Numbered from the stretch's first letter, positions 35,491 through 49,261 are shown. The stretch is 64,000 nucleotides of DNA from Callorhinchus milii (GCF_018977255.1 NW_024704743.1:57042001-57106000); one strand, 5' to 3'. Translations and numbers: made by a program. Notes: generated by a model from the sequence alone, not told the origin.

Positions 35491-38400
35491 AATATATCAG
35501 TATATCTTTTGTAGAATATATATATATATACCAAAAAATATATATTGTAGAAATTATTAGAAGTTAGTGATCGTACAATGCTGTTGAGCATATTGGTTGG
35601 TTTGGAAATACTTCTGAACAGCAGCTCAGTATTATCAAGTGTCAGTTCTCTGTCAGGCTACCAGCAAGATGAGCTTCACTCTGCCAATGTTTGCTTGGGG
35701 TGACTGATCTATGAAATAGGATCAGAGGCAAGATTAACAACTGCAGCTTACTTAACTTGATGCTGGAGAGGAAAGCTACATAGAGCTGAGTAACCATCAC
35801 ACAATATAACACAAATGATTTGTGAAAGCACATGCTGCAGGTTCCCTGGTGTGTCTCAGGCTGACCAACTGGAATTTTTCTCAGATGCTGAATTCAGCAT
35901 CAAATTTCATGAAGGTGAATTGAGGCTAAAAGAAGCTCGTGGTGCACAGCTTCTTAGTGCTGTTCCAGAGGGTCAGCCAAAGACACAACCAGGATCTGCT
36001 ATTTACAAATCCTTTTGTGACTCCACACCCACTTCACCCACCCACAGCCAGGCTCCACAGATTAATTTCAAATTGCAGAACACATTAATTTCAAGTTCTT
36101 CACAATCATTTACAGATCACTAATGCCCCGGGATCTCCCTAACTCTCTGACCTGTTTATGCCCCACTCCTCTACTCATCCCTTTTGCTCAGCTGGCTCGG
36201 CCTTCTGAGCATCCCTTAACCCCACCGCTCTACCATCAGAGGCCATGCCTTCAACAACAATGCCCCAACCCTCAATTCTGTCGCCTTGTCCCAGATCACG
36301 CCTGAAGACTTTCCTCTTTGAGCGTGCCTACAGTGACCTCCCCTTTCTCTACACCTTGGTGTCAAACTATGGCATTGTTAAGCATTCCAGACACTATCCC
36401 ATGTGAAGGGTACTGTATAAATGCAAGTTATTGCTGTTGTGAGACTGGCAAATTAGATCCCAGAGAGAGAAAATACACTCTCGCCCGCAAAATACACAGT
36501 CACATCACTTTACAGTATATCCTGTGAAGCACTTTAAGACATCTCGACGACGTGATAAGTGCTATATCAAACGTAAGGCCTTTGTTATATCACAGCCATA
36601 TCCAGAATCAGAGTTTTTGTGGAATGTATATTAAAGCGACAACTTGTAATTGGAACAATGTTAGGTTTGTGAAAATCAGTCAGGTTTCCATTCCTGATCA
36701 CTATCCATCTGAAAGGCGCACATGTGGAGATATTGGGTGAGGAATGGATCTGATTCAGTGGTCATGCCCTGTAGTTGAATAGCCTGCTATAACCTGCCTT
36801 TGTTTAATGAAATGTTGCATTCACCCTGTGGATGTTGAATATGTGTGTTCAGCATTTCTGTCAAGACCTATTATTTTGATGAGGAAGTGGTGAGCCATTA
36901 AACCACAGTGTGAGACAGCAAAGTCTAATATTGAAATTTCATATTTTGACACCAATGTAATCCCTCTCCCACTAGAGAATCACAAAATACTGATAAAATA
37001 ATAATAATAGAAGAAACTGAAGTGTCCTTTGCCGTTTCCTTGCAAAAACTACAGTGGTATGAGGATAGGGCAGATAAATGAGACTCTTAAAAATGCTGGC
37101 ACAGACATGAATGACCTTCTTTCCTCTGTAAATTTCTATGGTCCAAATACCCACTGGAAAATTATTCTGTTGCTAAAATGTACAGGTCTAATTTGCAGTA
37201 GTTAAGAAATTTCTTATTATGAAATATCTAATAATTGATTTTCTAAAACACCAAATCTGCAGAGCATTGCATTCAGGAGCATATTCAATATATTATAAAT
37301 TTGTTAATTACACATTTCTTACTAAGAAACCTACTGAGAAATACTGCAAATTAGCCTTCTGAAAACAGACAGTTGGTCAAATACTATCTCATATAAAATG
37401 GGATTCAAGGCCATAAAAACACCTATTTTATTTAAGAACAACTCATGTAAGCATGGCTCACATAAACCTGCGACTAAATTGAACACTTAATTAAATTTGC
37501 AAAGTGTAATAAATGGAGCTTTTATAAAGAACAAAAATGCTTAGATGAGAGTTTTAGGGAACACAGAGATAATTACAAAAATCTCTTAAATGCGTTGGTA
37601 CTTGGCTTAAGGGCAACTCTCCTCAATATTAATGTAATAAGACAGCAATTTTTGAGCAGCAAAATTGCAGACGATTGCAGCAAAGTACTTAACTCAATCT
37701 ATACCACAACAAGACATATAATTGATGACTATAAATTCAATCAGATTTGCCTAAAGTTTTTAAACATTACCGCTGAATGAATATTTTCCCAGTAAATAAA
37801 CCTGGGGGGGGGGGGTGGGGGTTGGGGGGCGCGAGAAGGACGACGATGACAAGTTTTAACAAAAGCTCCATTCACTTTGCATCTCCCTTTTGTACAAAGT
37901 TTTTCTTTCTCACAGTTTCTCAGAGAACTTAACAGTAAGCAGCAAATTCAGTGTCAAATCTTCTCCTACTTCTTCATATCTCTGTTAGCCTGTTTATGTT
38001 TCTTTTTAACATTCCTCACAAGGTTTTCAACCTTCCTTCTTCAGTTGCAGGGCAGTCAGTGTTAGAAGTGCTCCAAATAACCTACTTCAGGCTCACTTGT
38101 AATGGAAGAGGTGGGCAATGCAAGAGTCCCCTCACTCCCATTTAATATTGTAGTCTGTCTGAGTGCTTACAAAAAATCCTTACAGTTAAGGCTGCCGGAT
38201 TTCAGAGTTAGGCTGCACAGAAGTCTTTGATTTACAATTGCGAAGACAACAATGTTACCCAGAGGACAGTGAGACATTGAAGAACAGTGAGGCACACTTT
38301 ATTTTTTATGGGTGTATCAGAAATAATAATCTGCAAGTGTTAACATGAGAGATTTTATTTGTGGTACCGTTGCTGATGCTCCTCCACAGGAGTGCAATTG

Positions 38401-38744
38401 AATTCTGGAACATTAAAAGAATATCTGTAGCATTAAGTCATTTTGAAGGTAAAACCATAGTAATTTATGGCACAGAAGAAGTCCATTCATCTGTGTCGGC
38501 TTCCACAAGACCAACCCTTCAGCCCCATTTACCTGCCCTTTCCCCATATCCATGTAGTTGAAATGACTGTCTAATTCCATATTTTTTCTTGCTAAAAACA
38601 CCCCATAGCTTTGGTTTAAAATAGGGTAAATAAGAAATATATACATTTTAAAAGAATGGGGAGATATTTTGTTACATTTAATAATAATAATATAATTTAT
38701 TGTTTGTTCTGTACATTACTGAGTATTTATGTGCAGGAGGTATG

Positions 38745-39140
38745 TTGACTCCTGCTAAAACAGTTCAACTCACTTTGTAGTACTTTTACCTCTCCGTCAA
38801 AATGTTATTAGTTCAAGCCCCTCATCAGAACTTTGAGCTCCTTAAACTAGACTGATATGCCAGTGCATTGCCAGAGGTGCAATCCTTTGGATGAGATATT
38901 TAAACAAGGTCCTGTCTGCCTGTTCAGGTAGATTTTAAAGATCCCATGGCACTATTACAAGAGAGAAAGGTGGCCAACAATCTCCCAAACTAAATTGTTA
39001 ATTAACTTCAAAGGCATTGCTGTTCGCAAATTGACTACTACATTTGCTTACAAATAGATAGTCACTTTCACTAGGTTGTATAGTAAATCCTTCCTTGATG
39101 ATGTGATAAGAGACTGTAAGAAATGTAAAGATCATTATTA
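38745..39140 (+). mobile_element. Old Deu-domain SINE
   Basis: Same core (GGATGAGA..GGTCCTGTCTGCCTGTTCAGGT..AAAGATCCCATGGCACTATT) with a decayed tail. Confidence 0.75.
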
Positions 39141-40403
39141 ATTAACTGAAGTACCAGGAGGGGCACACAAACTTGAGACAGGCAAGAGAGAGGCCAAAGT
39201 GGAATTATTTCAAAGTCACAGTCTTTACATATAAAATGTCAGCAAACTATTGTTTTGTTTGATGTTATTCATGACAAACCACATCAGTGGGCTATTCATT
39301 GGATTTTACTTTCAAAAAAATCCTTTTCAAAGTAAAATAGAAATGATTCTTTTGGCATTTCAACCTCTCTGGAGATAAGGATAGTGTCCCTTTAAACTGA
39401 GCATCTTAAATTCAATATACAAATTACCAGATTAATCCTCAAACTCTCTCTATATTGGTTTGCATGTGCTTCAGAATAAAACAGAGCTACGGTCATTTCA
39501 GGTTGTACCTTGATATTGTCAGGTTGTTTTATTGTAGCATTTTGCTACTTACTGAATTAGCTTTCAACTTCAACATTTACATGCTTGCAGTTGTTTCTCT
39601 CCTTGACTTTGTTGTATGTTGAATTTATCTTTAATCTCTAGTTAATCATATGCCTATAATCTGCACACTTCTGTCACACACTGTCAACAGCCTCCCAGTA
39701 AAAACCCTCTTTCAGTCACTAATGGCACTCTGCTGTGCTGACTGATTTTCAAAGAAAAAATGTAACAGGCCTCAATAAATTAATCATCAATAGTGCAGCT
39801 GTATAACAGCAAACTCTGAAACATGCAGAGACTTTCATGATGTTCAGGATGACAGTCTATTGTCAGTCTGAATGTTACTGATATTAATGTAATATGACAG
39901 TAGTACCTTCACTATTTGCTAATTGGTTTAAAAGTTGTCTCATTTACAGAGTCTGAGAAACGACACCATCAGTAGCATCTCTCACCAGCTGAAACTTTTG
40001 TGTTGTAATTCAAGTAATGCCATCAAAATCTATAATCCTAAATGATCCATTCTCTCCTTGTTGGTGTCATAAAATACAAGCATTTTATAGACAAACGCAG
40101 ACAGCCTTCAGGGACGTAGCTACTATACACAGTAACTCTTGTAATGTCTGGTGGGAAATGTTTGAGATACAGGTGTCATTCTTTAATCCAATCATCTTAA
40201 AAAGATGATACTGACTGCCTGGCAGGACAGTAAAAACAAACTGCTGTTGGTCTCCCAGAATAGGTTTAATCAACTCTCAGTAGAGTAGATTCAGAGGAGG
40301 ACGTTGCATCTGATTGTCACTCATTCCCCCTACATATCTATCTCTCGGTGGACACCCACTATCGTCCACTGACTGTTGTCATAGAGAAGTCCAATTACCA
40401 GGA

Positions 40404-40486
40404 CCCTCTTGTATAAGTGAGGTCGTCTAACAGTGTGCGTCCCTCTTGTATAAGTGAGGCTGAATAACAGTGTGTGTCTCCTCTTG
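40404..40486 (+). repeat. 37-bp tandem repeat, about 2.2 copies
   Basis: CCCTCTTGTATAAGTGAGG......TAACAGTGTG(C/T)GT starting at 40404 and 40441. Confidence 0.85.
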
Positions 40487-40545
40487 CACAATCAAAGTTA
40501 CAAACATTGTTACAAACCAATAAATATGAAATTGGATTAACTTAC

Positions 40546-40667
40546 CAGGTGTAGATGATCTGACCCGATCTGTACGTGTAAAGAATGATGTAACAATCTC
40601 CCCCAAAAAAATGCCCGTATGTACTTTCGTCAACAGGAATGCGACCATTGCTCTCAACACGCCAGAT
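40546..40667 (-). CDS. SCIN: Scinderin exon 9 (122 bp)
   Basis: caccag|[40 protein letters not shown]+TG|gtaagt. The short YTYxxGQIIYTW loop is scinderin-type, not gelsolin-type. Confidence 0.94.
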
Positions 40668-41840
40668 CTGGTGCGGAGGGGTGTACGGGAGAGAAAGAAG
40701 AAATCAGTACAAAATGTAAAATACAGTGATTGTTTTACAAACTTCACAAATAAGACTTTCTTCACTGTTTTCTCAATGACCATGAATATGGTAGACACAG
40801 TCTTTCAACTAATGCTGGGAAAAAAACTAACTTCTTCTAACTATGGTTTGGTGCACAATAGTCGATGGGCCTATCCAGCCTTGTAAAAAGATGGTGAATT
40901 ACTTTACGGATAAAGAAAGGGATAGGAACCTGCAGAATCATGTCATTTAGATATTGCCATTAACAGCAATGTTAATTAGCCCTCCTCCCAATAACCACAC
41001 TGCTGTATGGCACCACTGAGTTTAACCAATCTACAACCAGTCCCAACAATCTTTCATAAGCTTAACTTATCCCAAACTTTGCAGTTCTCCCACACTATAT
41101 TCAAGAACCTCATCCTAACCTTTAAACTGTATCCTAGAGTCCCTTCAACTCGCTCTGTCCTCAACTCCTTCAACATCTTCCTCCAGACATTTCTCTTTGA
41201 CTTTGCTTTCAGCTATCTTTCTCTCCTTTCACCCCACGTCTCCTTGACTCCCCACTCCCGGCCCCAGATCGATATAAATCCCGGACAGTCCAGCACCTTG
41301 AGATGTCCTCCCAACATGAAAGGCACCATATAAATGCAAATTTGCATTAAATCTGTACTGATTTAATGTTCTGTATGTTCTGCAACCCCATCGCCCTTAA
41401 TTCTCACCATGTGCAAATCACTTCAATATCTCAGTGGATTGACCTCTAGATTCTTGCCCTGACATCCAAATCTTTTCATCATCTTGCTCCTCTCTACCTT
41501 TGCAATCTCTTAAAGCTCTCTCTTCTCCTGCTCTTACCCTCTGCATTTCCAAAGTTTGATCTACTACTTTTTCCTCACCTCATCCCACCATCATTTAATC
41601 GAGTCTTCAGCCACTATACTCATCCTCTCTATAATTCTCTCACAAACTCTTATCACCTTGTGCCTTTTATCCCTGCTTCCATTACCCTGTAAAATCATAT
41701 CTCTTCTGACTGTGTCTTTGATCAATACCCTTAAGCTGTGCCTCATTCCTTCCCTGCTTGGTGATCTTCTTTGTTGTTTCAAGACATTCATCCTATGTGA
41801 AATACCACTGAAAGTTGTAGCTGATATTGTTACAAGGTAC

Positions 41841-42056
41841 CTCTGTTTTTCCTGAACCATCATCCACCATGTTGTGTTTTGCAGCCATCTGTGGACAAGA
41901 GTGCAGCTTTGAGGCATCAAATTCAATTTGTTTGATTCTTGCAATTGTCTCTGTGGTGTACACTTGTCCGAATCCCTCGCTCTGGTTGACATCTTTCCAA
42001 TTCTTGAAGAACTGTTTGAAGATTGGAGTCTCTCCACCTTCAGGAAGCACTTGTAT
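41841..42056 (-). CDS. SCIN: Scinderin exon 8 (216 bp)
   Basis: ctgcag|[22 protein letters not shown]...[27 protein letters not shown]|gtacct. Confidence 0.95.
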
Positions 42057-44150
42057 CTGCAGGGGAAAACAAGGCTGTCTGTGATTTCCTCCAGTACTAA
42101 TACAATATTAATGCAGTGACAGAAATACTACATATTCTACTAACTCTGCAGGCTGGAAATATGACTGATGTTTGAAGTAATTATCTCCCTCTTGCCTTTT
42201 CAATAGCTACCCATCAGCTAAAAGGAAGTCAGCTACAAGATACACATACATTGCAAAGCTCCTACCTCTACATTTTCTTTAATGCAGTTGTTAGATAACT
42301 ATGGCTTAATTTTCTGCTAACTGATAAGATTCAATGTGAAATGAATTAATAGATATCCCGCTGGTTCTCTGTGATGCTACCCGCATGAAGAGCGCAACTT
42401 AAATGGATATTTTGGTTGGTAAACCAGTAAACTAGAGGGGCATATGTCCAAGATATGTCACTGGAAGAATTAAGGGAGAGGAAAGAAGTTTTTATTTGAC
42501 ACAGGGGATTATTAGAAGATGCTTTGCCATAAGTCACAATTGAATCTAAGACCATCACATTTGAAAGGGAATTGGGATACGTATTTGAAGACAAATACTA
42601 TAAAAGGATACAGGGAAAGAAAGGAGAAACTGAATTAAAGTAGCTTTCCTGGAGGAGGCAGTGGAGAAGCTAACACAATGAAAAGATTGATGGAATTAAA
42701 CTATTCTCTGTCTGCCAGAGTTTCTTCTGTTACACAATTACTTCCTTCTGTGCGGTAATTTCTATAATTTCTACGATTCTACAAATTCACAATAAATCAA
42801 GATCTGACAAAGCATTAATTGGTTTATTTTTTTAAAAAGAAGTAAACTTGCTGACCAGTAGAGTAATGAAGAAAGTATTTTAACCACAATCTCAGGAGAG
42901 CACCACCTACAGACTGATTATCCACACTAATTGGGACCAGTCCAATTGTGGATAAGGAAATACTGCAGATAATGTCATCACACAAAATACAGATTGGCTA
43001 TAGTGCTAATTAAAACATCATTTTACTGTATATAGTTACATTGTGACTATACTATACTGTACCAACCTTTCTCTCTCTCTATCACTCACTCAGTGTCTAA
43101 CTCTGTCTTGCTCTCTCTTTCTGAGACTCTTTGAGTCTCTCTAACTCTCTATTTCCTCCATTTCTGCTATAAATCTCTGTTTTACTGCTATAAATTGCTC
43201 CCTTATGATGTTTCTTAATGATATTCCCAACATATCGCCAATTCAAGCCAAATTTCTAGTGTGCCCACGTTCAAACCCACTAGAAAAAGAGTTGAGACTG
43301 ACTCATTCTCATTTTATATAGAATCTTTAATCTGACAGAGAGAGAATAGCTTATCCCATCAATCCAGATCAAATTTAAATCCAGGTCTCAGAAGTGAAAG
43401 ACCATTTCCACCTCTCCCACTGAACCACCAATGCTCCAGTTGTTTCCAGTGTAGTTTAATAAATAGGTTGATCCCCTTTGTATGAAGAGCGGAGAAAGAG
43501 CTATAACTCCTCTAATGGGAGTATTTATTTCTCTTTCATAGTTGAGAGTTATGCAGTTCAGTCCACAAGAAACTAATCTGTGCTGACAGTCCAGGATCAG
43601 AATGAACTTGCGCCTGTTATTTTTCTGCTTGATGGATTTTACAATCTCTGTTTTACTTTACTTCAGCTTAAATCCCATTAAAAGAGTCCAAGGCTTTAAA
43701 ACACAGTATCCTGAGTAGAATTCAATAAGATTTCTCAAATACAGATTCCTCTGAGACTTGTGTCTTACAGACCCCCAGAACATGGCTTCCACAGAATCTC
43801 CTCCCAAGGACATTAGAAGAGAGTACCCACAGGGTCAGTTTGATGCATAACTTGTTACCTGCAGGATTCCATATGTACAAATTCTTTTTAAATGCTCCTG
43901 TGAATACAGCACTTCAGAGCATACTGTATTCATCTTGGGCGAGAGAGGACAACCAGAACAGTGGCCTGTCAGTGTCACATGCACACAGTACAAGGCTTCC
44001 ATCTGAGCTGCATTTTCACGTTATATGATAGTCACATAAATAGAGGTCTCTATGAAGCACCTTAAGACTTTCATCTTGTGTGCCATATAAGTGCAAGCTG
44101 TTGTAGTTGAAGCAATCTAGCCATTTCTGGCTTGAGGAATCCCATCTCAC

Positions 44151-44239
44151 CTGACTGTTCGCTGAGTAGCCCATTTGCTTTATGAATCCTTCAGCCGTCT
44201 TCATGGCTGCCTTTCTTTCTTCTGGGTTGGCATGTTTAC
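44151..44239 (-). CDS. SCIN: Scinderin exon 7 (89 bp)
   Basis: acttag|(G)KHANPEERKAAMKTAEGFIKQMGYSANSQ|gtgaga. Confidence 0.94.
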
Positions 44240-44978
44240 CTAAGTACCAGAATGTTTTCTCATTAAGCAGAGCATGAGTGAAAAGTAATTGTTGGCACAG
44301 TACTGCTCACACTGAGCTATAAAGTACTTTCTGTTTCTCTTCTAAAACCAGGGGGAACGATATCATTGCATTTCTCATTTAAATTGCTAAGATAATTTAT
44401 TTGTTATTTGATTTACTCGTATCCCTGCTTCAGGACAGTCTTGTGCTTGTTTTTTACATATCAATAACACCATACTGTCTGGCAGGAGAAATAGGTGATA
44501 GTGCAGTTGTTAGCCCCACAGTTTAGCTATGGCCTGAGTTACATCAACCGTTCAACAGCGAAACAACACATTCTGCTCAACCACTCCATGCAAGTGATTA
44601 ATCTTCACATGAGCCTCTGCCCACCCTGCAGTATAAACGCAGCATGAACAAATTGAGAGCTTATGAAAACAAAATGAAGACATTTTAGGAAATAATCTTT
44701 GCTTACATTTAATTACAAGTGGAAATAACTCCTGGTGAGGCCATTTCTGTAATAATAATAAATAATAATCCTTGCATTTGATACAGCACTTTATTATGTT
44801 GAAGTCTCAAAATGCTCACAGTAATTACTGTAAAGCATAATAACTTTGTATTTGTAACTGAACAGAGCGGCCAGTTTGTGCACAGCAATGTCTCACAGAC
44901 AGCCAGGTGAAAGGATCGTTGGCCAGACACCAAGGGAAAGTCCCTTTTCTTTTCAAAAAGATCAGCTGAATGATCTTA

Positions 44979-45745
44979 AACAACAACAACAACAACAACA
45001 AGATTCCATTTATAGAGCGCCTTTCACGTCAGGAGGACGTCCCAAGGCGCTGCACAGTTGGGTCATGACCCGAGCAGGGGGGAAATGGTCAGGGTGAGGG
45101 GAGGGAAGGGAGGGAGAGAGGAGGGGGAAATGGTCAGGGTGAGGGGAGGGAAGGGAGGGAGCGAGGAGGAGGAAGAGAGTCGAGAGGGGAGCTGAAGGCA
45201 CGGTCAAAGAGAAAGGTTTTGAGACCGGCCTTGAAGGAGGAAAGGGAGGAAGCAAGGCGAAGGCACTGGGGGATGGAGTTCCAGAGCCTCGGGGCTGAGA
45301 GGCTGAAGGCCCGACCACCGATAGTAGGGCGGTTGGGGCGGGGGACGTGGAGCAGACCGGAGCCAGAGGAACGGAGGGTACGGGCAGGTAGGTAGGGGGA
45401 TAGTAGGTTGGAGAGGTAGGAGGGAGCAAGGCCGTGAATGGCCTTGTAGGTGAGGATGAGGATCTTGAAATCAATCCTCTGGGGGATGGGGAGCCAGTGG
45501 AGGGGAGCGAGGGTGGGAGTGATGTGTTCCCGAAGCCTGGTGCGGGACAGTACACGAGCTGCAGAGTTCTGAATGACCTGCAGCTTGTGGAGGGAGGTGC
45601 CGGGAAGGCCGGCGAGGAGAGAGTTCCCATAGTCCAGCCTTGAGGTGACAAAGGCGTGAACCAGGGTTTCAGCAGCGTGAGGGGTGAGGTAGTGCCGTAA
45701 TCTGGCGATATTCCGGAGGTGATGGAAGGCGGTGCCAGTTGTGGT
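44979..45745 (-). mobile_element. Young L2 LINE, 5'-truncated
   Basis: Open ORF2 C-terminus (HAFVTSRLDYGNSLL...FKAGLKTFLFDRAF); near-identical to 62822-63640. Confidence 0.93.
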
Positions 45746-46268
45746 GTCGAAGAGGAAGGTCTTCATGTGTGATCTGAAGATGGGCAAGTAGGAAACATGG
45801 CGGATGGATTGAGGCAGAGAGAACAACAACAACAACAACAACAAGATTCCATTTATAGAGCACCTTTTACGTCGGGAGGACGTCCCAAGGCGAGAAGGAG
45901 TGACTGAGGCAGAGTTCCAGAGCCTTGGGATGCAGTGGATGAAAGCACAACCACTGATGGTGGAGCGGAGGGGATGAAGGACATGCAGGAAGCCAGAGGC
46001 AGCTGAGCAAAGATGGCGGGTAGTGGAGTGGGATATAAGCAGTTTGGAGAGGGAGGGAGGTGCCAGGCATGAAGTGATTTATTTGTAAGTGAGTGTGAAA
46101 GTTTTAAAATCAATGAATTCTGCAGGAGGGAGCCAGTGGAACCTGGCAAAAACTGCGGTGAGTGGCTTGGAGTTTAGTACGAGTGAGGATATGAAAGACG
46201 GAGTTTTGAATTAACTGGATTTTATGAATGGTGAAGCTGGAGAGACTGGCAAGAGGGCATCGGAAAAA
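45746..46268 (-). mobile_element. Older L2 fragment interrupted by a short L2 tail (45820-45904)
   Basis: KTFLFD, ALEL/LWN-like and HWLP remnants; TGAGGCAGAG duplicated on both sides of the short tail. Confidence 0.7.
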
Positions 46269-46844
46269 TCAGCAGACAGACAGGACCTCGGTTTTAACAT
46301 CTCATCCAAAGCATAACACCTCCGACAATGCAGTGCACCCCCAGTACTGCATCTGATCGTCAGGTAGACTGGAAGTTCGAAGTGCTGGATTCAAGAAATG
46401 AACCCACAACTTACCGACTAGAGCTTCTGCCTTGTGCTGACTGCCAACACTGGTGAATTTTTCGTTTCTGTTTATAATAGAAATTCTCCTTCCCTTGAAT
46501 TTTTCAGTATTATCATGAAATAAGACTCACTGTTGTACATTTTTTAAAAGTGATACTGTGTAAATCATGTACACACACAAAAGAACTTGGCTAATTGGGA
46601 CTGTAGCACCATTACATATCTACTGGTGGTGCTATTGAGAATAGCACTGTCTTTAGCTCACTGGCTCCATCAGCAGATACCCAGTGATATTGCAGGTACG
46701 ACAACACAATGGTATAAACACTTTGGTATAAACCAGTGAAATTTACTGAACATGAATTGACGAACTTTAATTTACCAATTGTTACCAATTAAGTTACTAC
46801 AATGCTATCAGAGAAATGAAAGCTGTGGCACATATCTTTATATA

Positions 46845-47542
46845 CAGTCAAACCTGTCTTCAACAACCACTCAGGGGACTAGCCAAAGTGGCCTTTATAT
46901 AAGGATGGCCTCTAAGGACTTAATAATAATAATCCTTGCATTTGATATAGCACTTTTCACGTCTTCTAGACGTCTGTCTCAAAGCGCATCACAGAATAGA
47001 CTGTAAAGTGAATTGACAGTATATTTGTTGGTGAAATATTTATTGGTGTGTGTAGAATTTCTAAGTGTATCACAAAATACAGTGCACATATGAACCCATA
47101 AATTTAATTTATTTTAATAAAATGCAATGTTGCAGTTCAGTGTCGATGTCCAAAAAGATCGAGACAGAACTCGAAAATTGCACTTTCGGCGCTTTCAACT
47201 ATTGTAATAAGAAGCTTCAGACATGCCTGTGCACATGGAGGGGAGAGAGGTGCCCTCATGCAATTGCAATGTCTCCCTCCTCTTACACACACTTCACCAA
47301 ACATGCCTGCGCACACAGAGAAGAGGTGAAGAATGGAGACAACTGGCCATTGAAAAGGGTGTTGGTATAAAGGCACTGGGTGTAAACAGGCTAACAAACA
47401 GTGGACACTGGTTGCGTTGCATTAGACAGGTGCTTACTGAATAGCGATGGTTTATTATGAAAAATCTGTCCGGACTATTCAAGGGTGGTTATAACGGAGG
47501 GTGGTTGCTAAATGGAAGTGGTTGCTCAAACAGATTTGACTC
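46845..47542. mobile_element. Non-autonomous Tc1/mariner (pogo/Tigger-like) DNA transposon with a nested SINE tail (about 46921-47040)
   Basis: TA-CAGTCAAACCTGTCTTCAACAACCACT on the left and AGTGGTTGCTCAAACAGATTTGACTC-TA on the right form imperfect TIRs flanked by TA. Confidence 0.75.
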
Positions 47543-48229
47543 TACATGGCTTAGCTTAGTGGTAGCATTCACTCTAGTAGGTCAGAGGATTGGGGGGTTA
47601 AGCCCTGTATCAGTAGAGTGCTGCATTGCTGCAGATGCAATCCTTTAGATGAGACTATTTAAAGCCGTCTGGCTGTTCAGGTGGACATTAGAGTTCCCAT
47701 GGCACTAGTTGAAATGAGAAGGAAGCTTCTCCCACTGTACTCACCTGCAATCCTTCAGTTCACCTATAAAATACAGTCCCTACACTTTACAGAAATTCCT
47801 GTGTAGCACTTTGACACTTCTTCCTGACATGAGAGACATAATCTCAAATGCAAGTATTATTATTGTTCTAAATTGGTCATTCACGGTAGTTATTTAAGGG
47901 ATCTTGAGCAAGGAAACTGTCTGCTGTGTTTGCCTACCAATCACTTGACATTATTTTGAGATGTTTTGACATTATAGACATGATATAAAGTGTGAGGTAA
48001 TTATTACGTCAAGGAGGTGACATCAGCAGGGGCTCACTGGGTTAAATGGCCTCTTTCTGGGCTGTCATTTCCAGCATTTTAATTCTACTTCATTTTTAGT
48101 CAGTGAAATGTTAATGTGCAGGGTGAATAGCAATGTTTATATTTATAAATACTTTATCAAGTCCACTTTGAAAGAAAAAAAACATTTAGTGAGGAGTTTT
48201 TGAGCTGTATATTTAGGCCAATTTCTTAC

Positions 48230-48362
48230 CCTTCCACACATAGATTTTGTTGTTTGCTCCATTGTCCAGTATGAAGCATTCTTCAGACAAGAGCAAGTCA
48301 CACGAGAAAGGGTTTACATCTGACACCAATGACACTTGCATAGACCCAGTCGCATCCGAAAC
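48230..48362 (-). CDS. SCIN: Scinderin exon 6 (133 bp)
   Basis: cctcag|[44 protein letters not shown]+G|gtaaga. Confidence 0.94.
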
Positions 48363-48929
48363 CTGAGGAGAAAGGATTTTGAAAAAGGTTATTACATATG
48401 TATTCACATAAAAGGCACAATATAAATTAAGCTATTATTACCTTGACAAAAAGGCACTCAAAGTCTGGATCTATAAATTTTCGGTGACATTGTGACTCAC
48501 TATGTTGAGGTGTGCAGTTGCATATGTCTAAGAGCCAAGATCCCAAACACCGTAACTGTGAATACATGCAAGTACCCTAAAATTGTTCCTTCTTCCCCAA
48601 TCTTTTTAAAAGCTTTACTCAAATCGGTTTTGTGCTTATCAATGAAGCCTGTAACTCACTGCTAATTTAACTAATTTAACTAATTTAAGCACTGCTTCTG
48701 ACAGCAAGCCTTGAGATAGTGTTAAACAGTAAGATACACAAGATGGCGCTGTTTCCACTGTTGGGGTCTGAATTTTCTCATGTTCTTAAGTTTAAGGCTC
48801 TAGTAGTAAAGTATAAGAAATTTTGTAAAAGTCTTCAATTGCATATAATAGCTCGGCTGCAAACCTTAACTGTCCAGCGCCTTGGGACATCCTTCCTACA
48901 TGAAAGGCGCTATATAAATAGAGTATATA

Positions 48930-49261
48930 AATTTGACTTCAAGATCCTCACACTCGTGTTCAAATCCATTCACTCTCTGGCACCTCCTTACTTCTCCGAC
49001 CTCCTCACCTCTCCGTTCAACTGGCACCGGCCTCCTGCTTGTCCCTCGTGCTTTGAGCTTCCACACCCCGAAACTCTGGAACACTCTACCTCAATCCCTC
49101 CGCCTTGCCGCCCTCCCACCCCTTTTTCAACTCCCACCTGCAAGCCTTCAATTTCGACTGTGCTTATGGTCACCTCTCCCCCACCTCCGGCTCGGAGTCA
49201 GGTTCCACCACAGTTAAGCGTTCTGAACGCTACCCTGCGTGGTGGACGCTATATAAGTGCA
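48930..49261 (+). mobile_element. Older L2 3' fragment
   Basis: FDFKILTLVFKSIHSLAPPY and PKLWNTLPQSLR motifs. Confidence 0.75.

Noticed and set aside
40404..40486. CRISPR-like 37-bp repeat
   Set aside because: Units are directly adjacent with no spacers, there are no cas genes, and the context is a eukaryotic intron.
41825..41841. Possible U12-type donor GTACCTT after exon 8
   Set aside because: It does not match the strict GTATCCTT consensus, and the downstream acceptor has an ordinary pyrimidine tract.
45134..45844. 236-aa ORF with a signal-peptide-like MLLLLLLF start
   Set aside because: The poly-Leu is the (TTG)n tail of one L2 fused to pieces of two other L2 copies.
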